Part shown: positions 15,181 to 22,927 of the stretch, one piece after another | Layout of the letters: each line of letters starts with the position of its first letter | Numbering within the stretch: position 1 is the first letter of the stretch | Assembly (NCBI GenBank): GCA_046757225.1 | Contig: JBHHXV010000002.1 | Coordinates: 1-33,441 of the forward strand | Reading direction: 5' to 3' | Source: a bacterium | Lineage (GTDB): Bacteria; SZUA-182; JBHHXV01 | Length of the DNA: 33,441 nucleotides | The notes under the pieces: generated by a model | What the model was told of the DNA's origin: nothing | What the model saw: only the letters and a program-made list of their open reading frames with translations | Database searches by the model: none | Made by a program: the position numbers and the translations under genes

Positions 15181-15618
15181 GTGAGGGCATTACAGCTTGG
15201 CTTGATCTGGGCGCTTGTTTTTTCCGCTTCAGCCGGAGCGGCGGAACTGGTGAAACTGCGCTTGAACAAGGCGGTTATCTATGCTGAGGTGGCCAACGAC
15301 CGGAAATCTCGAACCAAAGGACTGGGATACCGGGACCGGTTGAAAGAGGGGAGGGGAATGCTGTTTATCTTCGAGCGCCCCGGAAAATATCCTTTTTATA
15401 TGAAGGGGATGCGGTTTGCCATCGATATTATCTGGATTTTCCGGAATAAAGTGGTGGAGGTAACCGCTTCTATTCCTCCCCCCCGAAATCCGTCTGACAG
15501 GTTACCTTTGTATTATCCCCCGGCGCCGGTGGATATGGTGCTGGAACTGAATTCAGGGGTGGCCGGGAAAATCGGCCTGAAAAAGGGAAATGACGTTAAC
15601 CTGGAAGGGGAAAGATGA
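15181..15618 (+). CDS. DUF192 family protein with N-terminal signal-like sequence
   Basis: The pattern ...AEVA....R.KGL..R..L....GMLF.F......F.MKGM.F.IDIIWI....VVE...LEL..G matches the DUF192 consensus. GTG start 1 nt after the pepA stop. Confidence 0.7.
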   Translation: MRALQLGLIWALVFSASAGAAELVKLRLNKAVIYAEVANDRKSRTKGLGYRDRLKEGRGMLFIFERPGKYPFYMKGMRFAIDIIWIFRNKVVEVTASIPPPRNPSDRLPLYYPPAPVDMVLELNSGVAGKIGLKKGNDVNLEGER

Positions 15619-16208
15619 AAGACTCTATTATCGGTTATTTCGAGGAAAGCGCCAATGTAAAGCTGGGGTGGGTCAACCGCTATCATGAAAAGATCGCCGC
15701 TGTTATCTGTCTGATGATAGACTGCCTGCGTTCGGGCAATAAAATCCTGTTCTTCGGCAATGGCGGCAGCGCGGCCGATGCCCAGCATCTGGCGGCCGAG
15801 CTGGTGAACCGCCTGCAGTTCGACCGTCCGGCTTTGCCGGCGATTTCAGTGGCGACCGATACATCGATACTTACCTGTATTGCCAATGACAGCGACTTTT
15901 CCCAGATCTTTTCCCGGCAGATCGAATCCCTGGGAAAAAGCGGTGATCTTGCGGTGGGAATCAGCGCCAGCGGCAACTCGGCCAATGTGGTGAACGGAAT
16001 CAGGACGGCCAGTGAAAAGGGCTTGCATACGGTTGCCTTTACCGGAAATGATGGGGGCGAACTTCTTTCGCTGGCAGACCATGCGCTGGTGGTAAATTCC
16101 GATATAACTTCCATCATCCAGGAGGTTCATATTACCATGGGGCACGTGATCTGCAAAATAGTGGAAGAGGCTCTTTTTCCGGAAAACGACCCGGACCGGA
16201 TCGCTTAA
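15615..16208 (+). CDS. gmhA: SIS-domain phosphoheptose isomerase-like protein (GmhA/DiaA family)
   Basis: FFGNGGSAADAQHLAAELV.R...R.ALPAI...TD.S..T.I.ND..F..IF..Q...LG..GD...GIS.SGNS.N and IQE.H...GH..C are typical of GmhA. ATGA overlap with the DUF192 gene. Confidence 0.7.
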   Translation: MKDSIIGYFEESANVKLGWVNRYHEKIAAVICLMIDCLRSGNKILFFGNGGSAADAQHLAAELVNRLQFDRPALPAISVATDTSILTCIANDSDFSQIFSRQIESLGKSGDLAVGISASGNSANVVNGIRTASEKGLHTVAFTGNDGGELLSLADHALVVNSDITSIIQEVHITMGHVICKIVEEALFPENDPDRIA

Positions 16209-16213
16209 ATCCG

Positions 16214-17155
16214 ATGAAAAAAGCCCCTCTTAATTTATCCGACCTTAAAACCTATTCTCTGGCCGAAAGAAAATCCAAGGTTTCTGTCGATGATTTCGCT
16301 TCCCCTTTCAAAGCGGGCGGAACCTTCCGGGCCTTTTTAGAGTCCTTTCCCCATATCCTGGCGTCCGGAGACATCAGTAAAGTGGCGGAAGCGGTGGTCT
16401 CCGCCCACAAACAGGGAAAACCGGTTATCTGGGGGATGGGAGCCCATTCGATCAAATGCGGCCTGAACCCGGTCATTATCGATTTGATGAAGCGGGGGGT
16501 AATCAGCCTGCTGGCGCTCAACGGGGCGGGAATCGTTCATGATTTCGAGCTGGCTTTGATCGGCCGGACTTCCGAAGACGTGGCCGCGGAACTTGGTTCC
16601 GGCAGCTTCGGGATGGCCCGGGAAACCGGCGAGCTGGTCAATCAGGCCGTTAATTGCCGGGATAAGGAAGGTTTGGGAGAATCGATCGGTGCTTTTCTGG
16701 TCGAGCAAAACCCTCCCTATCTGGAATACAGCCTGTTCGCCGAGGCGTATAAAAGGGAGATTCCGGTTACTGTGCATGTAGCGGTGGGAACGGATATCGT
16801 TCATCTTTCGCCCAGGGCTGACGGAGCTTGTATCGGCCGGAAAAGCCTCCTGGATTTCCAGCTGTTTTCCGCTTATGTGGCGGAGTTGGGCGGCGGCGGG
16901 GTCTACCTGAATATCGGTTCAGCGGTCATTCTGCCGGAAATTTTTCTGAAAGCCGTTACCCTGGCCCGTAATCTGGGGCACCCGGTTACGGATTTCACCA
17001 CCGCCAACTTCGACTTTATCCAGCATTACCGCCCTCTCCAGAACGTGGTTACCAGACCGACAGCCGGCGGAGGAAAAGGGTATCGCCTGACCGGGCATCA
17101 TGAAATCATGATACCCCTCATGGCGGCCATGATTGTGGAGCTGTTGGAGGGATAG
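16214..17155 (+). CDS. deoxyhypusine-synthase-like (DHS-fold) protein, function unknown
   Basis: GMGAHSIKCGLNPVIIDLMKRGVISLLALNGAGIVHDFELALIG resembles the DHS core pattern (..GA....G....I.DLI..G.VD..V.TGAN..HD..EA.G). I could not recognise the rest of the protein. Confidence 0.4.
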   Translation: MKKAPLNLSDLKTYSLAERKSKVSVDDFASPFKAGGTFRAFLESFPHILASGDISKVAEAVVSAHKQGKPVIWGMGAHSIKCGLNPVIIDLMKRGVISLLALNGAGIVHDFELALIGRTSEDVAAELGSGSFGMARETGELVNQAVNCRDKEGLGESIGAFLVEQNPPYLEYSLFAEAYKREIPVTVHVAVGTDIVHLSPRADGACIGRKSLLDFQLFSAYVAELGGGGVYLNIGSAVILPEIFLKAVTLARNLGHPVTDFTTANFDFIQHYRPLQNVVTRPTAGGGKGYRLTGHHEIMIPLMAAMIVELLEG

Positions 17156-17159
17156 AAGC

Positions 17160-17438
17160 ATGTTTTTAGCCAGGGTTACCGGCAATATCGTTTCCACGGT
17201 CAAGCATTCCGCCTATAAAGGCAAAAAGATCATGGTTGTCCATAAAGTGAACTTGAAGGGAAAAATGGAAAAAGAGGCCTACCTGGCCATTGACGAGGCC
17301 CAGGCCGGTGATGGTGACCTGGTTCTGCTTTTATTGGAAGGCAGTTCCGCCCGCACGGTTCTGCATAATGATACCGCTCCGGTCAGGGGAATCATTATGG
17401 GGATAGTGGATCAGGTCGATATCCCTTCCTCCTGCTGA
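17160..17438 (+). CDS. EutN/CcmL family (BMC-P, microcompartment vertex pentamer fold) protein
   Basis: MFLARVTGNIVSTVKHSAYKGKKIMVV...AIDEAQAGDGDLVLLL.GSSAR......PV...I.GIVDQV parallels EutN (MKLAVVTGQIVCTVRH...AIDNIGAGTGEWVLLVSGSSAR..PVD..VIGIVDEV). I prefer the ATG at 17160, 4 nt after the upstream stop. Confidence 0.75.
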   Translation: MFLARVTGNIVSTVKHSAYKGKKIMVVHKVNLKGKMEKEAYLAIDEAQAGDGDLVLLLLEGSSARTVLHNDTAPVRGIIMGIVDQVDIPSSC

Positions 17439-19942
17439 GGCGGAACCACCTGAGCGCAGATATAGGAATCGCTCTGAAGAAACTGCCTGGCCACCCTCTG
17501 GATATCCGAAGCGGAAATCTCTTTTATTCTGTTTTCGTATTCCTGATATCTTAGATAACCCAGACCGTACAGTTCGTCCAGGGCGATTTCCAGAGCGATC
17601 GCCTGATTCTTCTGCCGGGAGACCTTCTTATGGCCTGAGAGATTGTTTCTGGCCCGGGAGAGTTCCTCGTCATCCACCGGCTCGTCGATCAGGCGCTGGA
17701 TCTCGTGGAGCATGCTCTTCTTGGCGGCTTCCAGCATTTCCTGAACCGTCCCCACATAGCAGATAAATCCCCCCGGGTCTACGCCGATCCAGTTCATGGC
17801 TCCCACAAAATAAGCCAGGCCCTGTTTTTCCCGGACATTGTCGAACAGCCTTCCCCCCATTCCGGAAAGGATCTCGCAAAGGAGTTCAAATACCGGAGCG
17901 TCCGGGTCTGAGACCGCCATGCCCCGATATCCCAGCATCAAGACCGCCTGCCGCTTGTCCAGGATTTTTTCCGCCATCGTCACCTGGGTAATCGGGGCTT
18001 CCTCTGGGTATTCGAGAAGCGGGTACTTCTTACCGGGCAGGTTGCCGAACTTGTCTTTTATGCTTTCCCGGGCTGCCGGAAAACCGATATCCCCGGAAAG
18101 AACCATTACCATGTTTTCCGGAACCGCCTGTCGCTGATAATAGGTGAGCAGCTCTTCCCGTTTCAGTCCGGTTACCGATTCGATGGTTCCGTTGTCGGGC
18201 AGGCCGTAAGGGTGGTTGGGAAACAGTTTGGCGCGCAGGAGGTTTCTGCTTACGCTGACCGGCTGGTCTTCGTCATCCTTGATATCGGCTATGATTTGCT
18301 CCTTAACGACCGATAAGGCTTTTTCCGGAAAACTGGCATTGCAGACCACATCCGCCAGGATATCCAGGCCGTACTCGAAATCATCCTTCATAACGGACAG
18401 GGAAACCTCCATGGAGTTGCCGCCGCTGGACGCGCCCAGCCTTCCCCCCACCGATTCGATCTGGGAGGCGATCATCTCCGAAGTCCGGCTGGCGGTTCCC
18501 TTGGTAAGCATTTCCGCTACCAGGTTGGAAATGCCGTTGTTGACCCTGTTTTCCGTGCGCAGCCCCCCGGCCATTAACAGCTTGACTCCGATGACCGGAA
18601 CCGCCGGGTTTTCCCGGACAATCAGCCTGAGGCCGTTTTCCAGGACAGTGCGGGTGATCTTTTCGGTTAACTTGTCGGCGCTCTGAGCCTGGCTGTCTTG
18701 CCCGGCAGCGCCTTTCGGTTTTAAAACCAGCCTGGTCATCCGCTCCGGAGAAAAATAAGCGGAAATTATTCTCTGTAAATCATCGGATGTGATCTTGGCC
18801 ACTTTCTTGACGTATTTTTCCGAGAAGAGGCAATCTCCTATGCCGACTTCATTGGCTCCCAGCAGGTGAGCCATCCCCTCCACTTTCTCCTGCTGAAAGA
18901 GATAGTGACTCTGAATCTGTTTTTTGGCTTTCTCCAGCTCTGCTTCCGGCACCTTTTTATTCTTTATCGAGTCGATCTCTTCCCGGATTACCCGGTTGAT
19001 TCGGTCCAGCTTTTCATAATCGAATTCTGCTTCCAGCAGGAATACCCCGGTTTCGGTGGAGGTGTAGGAACAGCAGCTGAAATTGAAAGCCAAACCTTCC
19101 TTTTCCACCAGGCGCTGATACAACCTTGAGCTATGCCCGCCGCCCAGAATCAGCTGCAGGATATCCAGGGCGAAAATATCCGGATGACCGGTGGGAACCG
19201 TGTGAAAACCGGTAACCAGCCGGCTGATCTGGGTTTCGTATTCCAGCTCTCCTGTCCGGGCGGATAGTTGAACCGGTTCCGGGGGAAGAAGGGGGGCTAT
19301 CGGAGTTACCCGGGGGATTTTTTCAAAGAACTCTTTAGCCAGTTGGATCATCTCAGCGCAGGAATCACCGCCGACAGCCACCACGGTCATCCGGTCCGGG
19401 ATGTACATTTTCCGGTAATATTTCAAGAGATCGTCCCGGGTGATCCGGGTGAAGAGCCCTTCATAACCGATGATCGGATGCCTGATCGGATGCCTGATGA
19501 ACGAGGTTCTGGTGAAATTATCGAACAGGTAGCGGTCCGGGTCGTCCATTCCCATGTTGATCTCTTTGAGGATCACCTCCCTTTCCTTTTCCATCTCTTC
19601 GGAGTCAAAGGTGGAAGAGGTAATGGCGTCGGCGAACACATCCATGCCTGTTCTTAAATTTTCTTTGGGCAGAGTAACATGATAGACCGTGTTCTCATAA
19701 GAGGTGAAGGCGTTCAACACGCCGCCCGCCCTTTCGATTTCCCGGGAGATCGCCCCTACCGGCCGTCTGTCCGTTCCCTTGAACAGCATATGCTCCACAA
19801 AATGGGAGATCCCGCTGCCCATGTATTCCCCTTCCAGCACGCTGCCGGCCTTAAACCAGATCTGCAGGGCCGCCACCTCCGCTCCCGGCACCTGCCTGGC
19901 GATTACCACCGCCCCGTTGGCTAATTCCACCCGTTTTGTCAT
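17411..19942 (-). CDS. M16 (pitrilysin/insulinase) family zinc peptidase, two fused M16 modules
   Basis: Inverted zinc motif HFVEHMLFKGT near the N-terminus. At 843 aa it has a second, inactive-type M16 half (LRLIVRENPAVPVIGV...). Confidence 0.85.
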   Translation of the reverse strand: MTKRVELANGAVVIARQVPGAEVAALQIWFKAGSVLEGEYMGSGISHFVEHMLFKGTDRRPVGAISREIERAGGVLNAFTSYENTVYHVTLPKENLRTGMDVFADAITSSTFDSEEMEKEREVILKEINMGMDDPDRYLFDNFTRTSFIRHPIRHPIIGYEGLFTRITRDDLLKYYRKMYIPDRMTVVAVGGDSCAEMIQLAKEFFEKIPRVTPIAPLLPPEPVQLSARTGELEYETQISRLVTGFHTVPTGHPDIFALDILQLILGGGHSSRLYQRLVEKEGLAFNFSCCSYTSTETGVFLLEAEFDYEKLDRINRVIREEIDSIKNKKVPEAELEKAKKQIQSHYLFQQEKVEGMAHLLGANEVGIGDCLFSEKYVKKVAKITSDDLQRIISAYFSPERMTRLVLKPKGAAGQDSQAQSADKLTEKITRTVLENGLRLIVRENPAVPVIGVKLLMAGGLRTENRVNNGISNLVAEMLTKGTASRTSEMIASQIESVGGRLGASSGGNSMEVSLSVMKDDFEYGLDILADVVCNASFPEKALSVVKEQIIADIKDDEDQPVSVSRNLLRAKLFPNHPYGLPDNGTIESVTGLKREELLTYYQRQAVPENMVMVLSGDIGFPAARESIKDKFGNLPGKKYPLLEYPEEAPITQVTMAEKILDKRQAVLMLGYRGMAVSDPDAPVFELLCEILSGMGGRLFDNVREKQGLAYFVGAMNWIGVDPGGFICYVGTVQEMLEAAKKSMLHEIQRLIDEPVDDEELSRARNNLSGHKKVSRQKNQAIALEIALDELYGLGYLRYQEYENRIKEISASDIQRVARQFLQSDSYICAQVVPPQQEEGIST

Positions 19943-19995
19943 TATTTCACCTTAATCAAGTTATTAGAATTCAACCAAAGATAGCCATTTTATCA

Positions 19996-20101
19996 CAAAA
20001 CTTTTCCTGACGGGCCGCTCTTCTTCCCTCTGTGATGAAAAAGTGTGATTATTACCCATGAAGAGGGAAACCCCACTCCGGTATTTTCACGATAAAAGAA
20101 G
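19996..20101 (+). repeat. Copy C (full length) of the intergenic element, upstream of the MBL-fold gene
   Basis: CAAAACTTTTCCTGACGGGCCGCTCTTCTTCCCTCTGTGATGAAAAAGTGTGATTATTACCCATGAAGAGGGAAACCCCACTCCGGTATTTTCACGATAAAAGAAG is collinear with copy D (CAAAACTTTTC, GGGCC, TGATGAAAA, TTTTCACG.TAAAAGA). Confidence 0.8.
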
Positions 20102-20171
20102 AATCGCTTAATTTGACAATCCAGGAGCGCAATCCTATAATTAAGTTCAAGAGACTGGAAATAAATTCACT

Positions 20172-20957
20172 TTGTTTAAAATAAGTAAATATATAACGGT
20201 CTGTCTGGCGGTATTATTTCTGGGGCCGTCCTTTGCTGACGCCGCCGATACCATCCGGATTATCTATGACAGCGAAACCAGAACCCCCGGTTTAAGAACC
20301 GGCTGGGGTTTCTCGGCGGTGGTTACGGTGGGGAAACGCAAGCTGCTGGTCGATACCGGATGGGACCCGGAGATATTCGGTCATAATATGAAGGCTGCCG
20401 GTTATTCTCCCGCCGATTTCGACCTGGTTATTATCTCCCACTGGCATCCGGACCACGCGGGAGGGCTTCGTTATCTTCTGGGGCTTAACCCCGAAATCGA
20501 GACCTATGTGCCCTCGGACATTCCTGGCGATTACGCTGGGTTCTATCCTTTTAACACGGTAAAAAAACAGCTGAAAGTCGCTCCCAACGTATATATATTC
20601 CAGACCAATCCCGACAATCCCCGTTTTCGGATAAAAGAGGAGCTGAGTCTGGTGGTGAAAACCTCTCAGGGGCCGGTGATCGTTTCCGGTTGTTTTCACA
20701 CCGGCTGGCCCCGGTTGCTCAAGGCGGTGGGGGAGGTTTTTCCCGAAAAGCCGTACCTGATGGTGGGGGGCGGCCGGTTCATCGATCTCGATCAGGCGCA
20801 GTTAACGAAACTGGCCGGGGAAATTAAGGGGCTTGGTTTGCAGAAGGTGGGGCTTTCCCATTGCGCGGCCGGCCCCCTCCCGGAATCGGTGTTTGAAAAA
20901 TTTTACCCGGGGCGGTCTGTCTATGCCCGTCTGGGGGCGGTAATCAATCTTCCTTAA
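20172..20957 (+). CDS. secreted MBL-fold metallo-hydrolase (COG1237-like)
   Basis: HWHPDHAGG (HxHxDH) motif, an N-terminal signal peptide ending FADA, and TTG as the only in-frame start. Confidence 0.7.
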   Translation: MFKISKYITVCLAVLFLGPSFADAADTIRIIYDSETRTPGLRTGWGFSAVVTVGKRKLLVDTGWDPEIFGHNMKAAGYSPADFDLVIISHWHPDHAGGLRYLLGLNPEIETYVPSDIPGDYAGFYPFNTVKKQLKVAPNVYIFQTNPDNPRFRIKEELSLVVKTSQGPVIVSGCFHTGWPRLLKAVGEVFPEKPYLMVGGGRFIDLDQAQLTKLAGEIKGLGLQKVGLSHCAAGPLPESVFEKFYPGRSVYARLGAVINLP

Positions 20958-20965
20958 TTTTTAGT

Positions 20966-21949
20966 ATGAAAAAACTTTCCCCTTTAGAGATTCCCGGATT
21001 GGTTGCTTCCGAACTCGGGGAGGTGGAAAAAATCCTGGCCGAGCGGCTGAAGGTGGAAAACCCTTTAATCAGCGAGATCGGAAGTTACGTATGTAACAGC
21101 GGCGGAAAACGGCTTCGTCCGGTCATGCTGCTGCTGGCCGCCAGGATCTGCGGCGATTCGGACGGCCAGGCCCCTTTGTTCGCCAGTGTTATGGAATTGA
21201 TCCATGTGGCCACGCTGCTCCATGATGACGTGCTGGACCGGGCTGAGGTAAGAAGGGGAAAACCATCCGCCAATACCCGCTGGAGTAATAACGTTTCGGT
21301 GTTAACCGGCGATTATCTTTATTCCTGGTCCCTTTTCGCTCTTGAAGAGGCTCAGAAGCCGGCCATCCTGAAACTGGTGATTCAGGCGGTCATGACCATG
21401 ACCGACGGAGAAATTCTGGAATCGGTTAAAAAGGGGGATCTGGGGATCACCGAAGGGGAGTACCTGGAGATTATCGAGAAAAAGACCGCGCATCTTTTTT
21501 CCTGCAGTTGCCGCGCCGGGGCCATCATCGAAGGGGACAACCACGGGTGGAGCAACGCTATGGCCGAGTATGGAATCAATACCGGCATGGCGTTCCAGAT
21601 TATGGATGATATCCTGGATTACACGGCGGATCAGGCCAGATTGGGCAAGGTGATCGGAGGGGATGTCCGGGAAAAAAACTTTACCCTGCCGATCATTCAT
21701 GCCATGGCCTGCGCCAACCGGCCGGAAAAAGAAAGAATAAGGGAAATTTTCGCTGGTGAAGAGCTGGCTGAGGGAGATTTTGCTTATTGTCTCGATTTGA
21801 TTCATAAATATAAATCTTTTGACTACGCTTTAGCCAAAGCCGGGCAATATGTGGAGAAAGCCCGGAATTGTCTTACTGTTTTCGAGGACTCAATCTATCG
21901 GGATGCCTTTTTCGCCATCTCGGAATACAGCATAAACCGGGATCATTAA
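20966..21949 (+). CDS. trans-polyprenyl diphosphate synthase (IspB/HepT-like, long chain)
   Basis: First DDxxD motif LLHDDVLD with the following RRG, second motif FQIMDDILD, and GKR.RP near the N-terminus. Confidence 0.9.
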   Translation: MKKLSPLEIPGLVASELGEVEKILAERLKVENPLISEIGSYVCNSGGKRLRPVMLLLAARICGDSDGQAPLFASVMELIHVATLLHDDVLDRAEVRRGKPSANTRWSNNVSVLTGDYLYSWSLFALEEAQKPAILKLVIQAVMTMTDGEILESVKKGDLGITEGEYLEIIEKKTAHLFSCSCRAGAIIEGDNHGWSNAMAEYGINTGMAFQIMDDILDYTADQARLGKVIGGDVREKNFTLPIIHAMACANRPEKERIREIFAGEELAEGDFAYCLDLIHKYKSFDYALAKAGQYVEKARNCLTVFEDSIYRDAFFAISEYSINRDH

Positions 21950-21953
21950 CCCT

Positions 21954-22060
21954 CAAAACTTTTCATGAAGGGCCTCACGTCACCCCCTAATGATGAAAAC
22001 AGGTTATCACACCCACGAAAAACGGGTTTCCACATTTTGTGTTTTCACGGTAAAAGATAA
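21954..22060 (+). repeat. Copy D (full length) of the intergenic element, filling the spacer between the polyprenyl synthase and radical SAM genes
   Basis: CAAAACTTTTCATGAAGGGCCTCACGTCACCCCCTAATGATGAAAACAGGTTATCACACCCACGAAAAACGGGTTTCCACATTTTGTGTTTTCACGGTAAAAGATAA. It begins 5 nt after the upstream stop and ends 3 nt before the GTG start at 22064. Confidence 0.8.
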
Positions 22061-22063
22061 CAG

Positions 22064-22927
22064 GTGACAACCAGCCTCTATTTTGAAAAACTGGAAAACC
22101 AGCGGGTAAGGTGCACACTTTGCCCCCATGAGTGTGTTATCGCCCAGGGAAAAGCGGGTATATGCCGGGGCAGGGTGAACCGGCAGGGCAGGCTTTACGC
22201 GGAAAATTACGGCCAGGTGTCTTCCCTGGCCCTCGATCCGGTTGAGAAGAAGCCGCTTTATCATTTTTTTCCCGGCTCGTCCATCTTGTCGATAGGAGTA
22301 AGCGGCTGCAATCTCAGGTGTCAATTCTGCCAGAACTGGCAGCTTTCCCAAACCCCCAATCCCAGCCGCTATATCAGTCCTGAGAAACTGGCCGCTCTGG
22401 CCGGGGAGCATAACTCCATTGGAGTGGCTTTCACTTACTCCGAACCCCTGATCTGGTACGAGTATATCCGGGACTGCGCCCCGCTGCTTCGCCGGGCCGG
22501 CCTCAAAACCGTGCTGGTAAGCAACGGGTTTCTTAATGAGGAACCGTTCAAAAAAATACTCCCCCATATCGACGCCTTTAACATCGACCTCAAGTCCATC
22601 GAAGGCGATTTTTACAAGGGTTGGTGCGGCGGCCGCCTGGAGCCGGTGCTGGAGAACATAAGGTCGGTGGATCGGTCGGACTGCCATCTGGAGCTTACCA
22701 ATTTAATAATTCCCGGCCTTAACGACTCGGATGAACAGATATGCGCTCTGGTAGACTGGGTGGCCGGGCTTAACCCTGACATTCCGGTTCATTTTTCCCG
22801 CTATCATCCTGACTACCAGTGCACCCAACCTCCCACTCCTGCCGCTACTATGCGGAGAGCCCTGTCAATCGCCCAGGGGAAATTGAAATACGTTTATCTG
22901 GGAAATATGAGTGAAGAAGATTCATAA
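22064..22927 (+). CDS. AmmeMemoRadiSam-system-type radical SAM enzyme (PflA-like activase fold)
   Basis: YFEKLEN..VRCTLCPHECVIAQGKAGICRGR N-terminal Cys cluster, DPVEKKPLYHF and the CNLRCQFCQNW radical SAM CxxxCxxC motif. Confidence 0.85.
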   Translation: MTTSLYFEKLENQRVRCTLCPHECVIAQGKAGICRGRVNRQGRLYAENYGQVSSLALDPVEKKPLYHFFPGSSILSIGVSGCNLRCQFCQNWQLSQTPNPSRYISPEKLAALAGEHNSIGVAFTYSEPLIWYEYIRDCAPLLRRAGLKTVLVSNGFLNEEPFKKILPHIDAFNIDLKSIEGDFYKGWCGGRLEPVLENIRSVDRSDCHLELTNLIIPGLNDSDEQICALVDWVAGLNPDIPVHFSRYHPDYQCTQPPTPAATMRRALSIAQGKLKYVYLGNMSEEDS

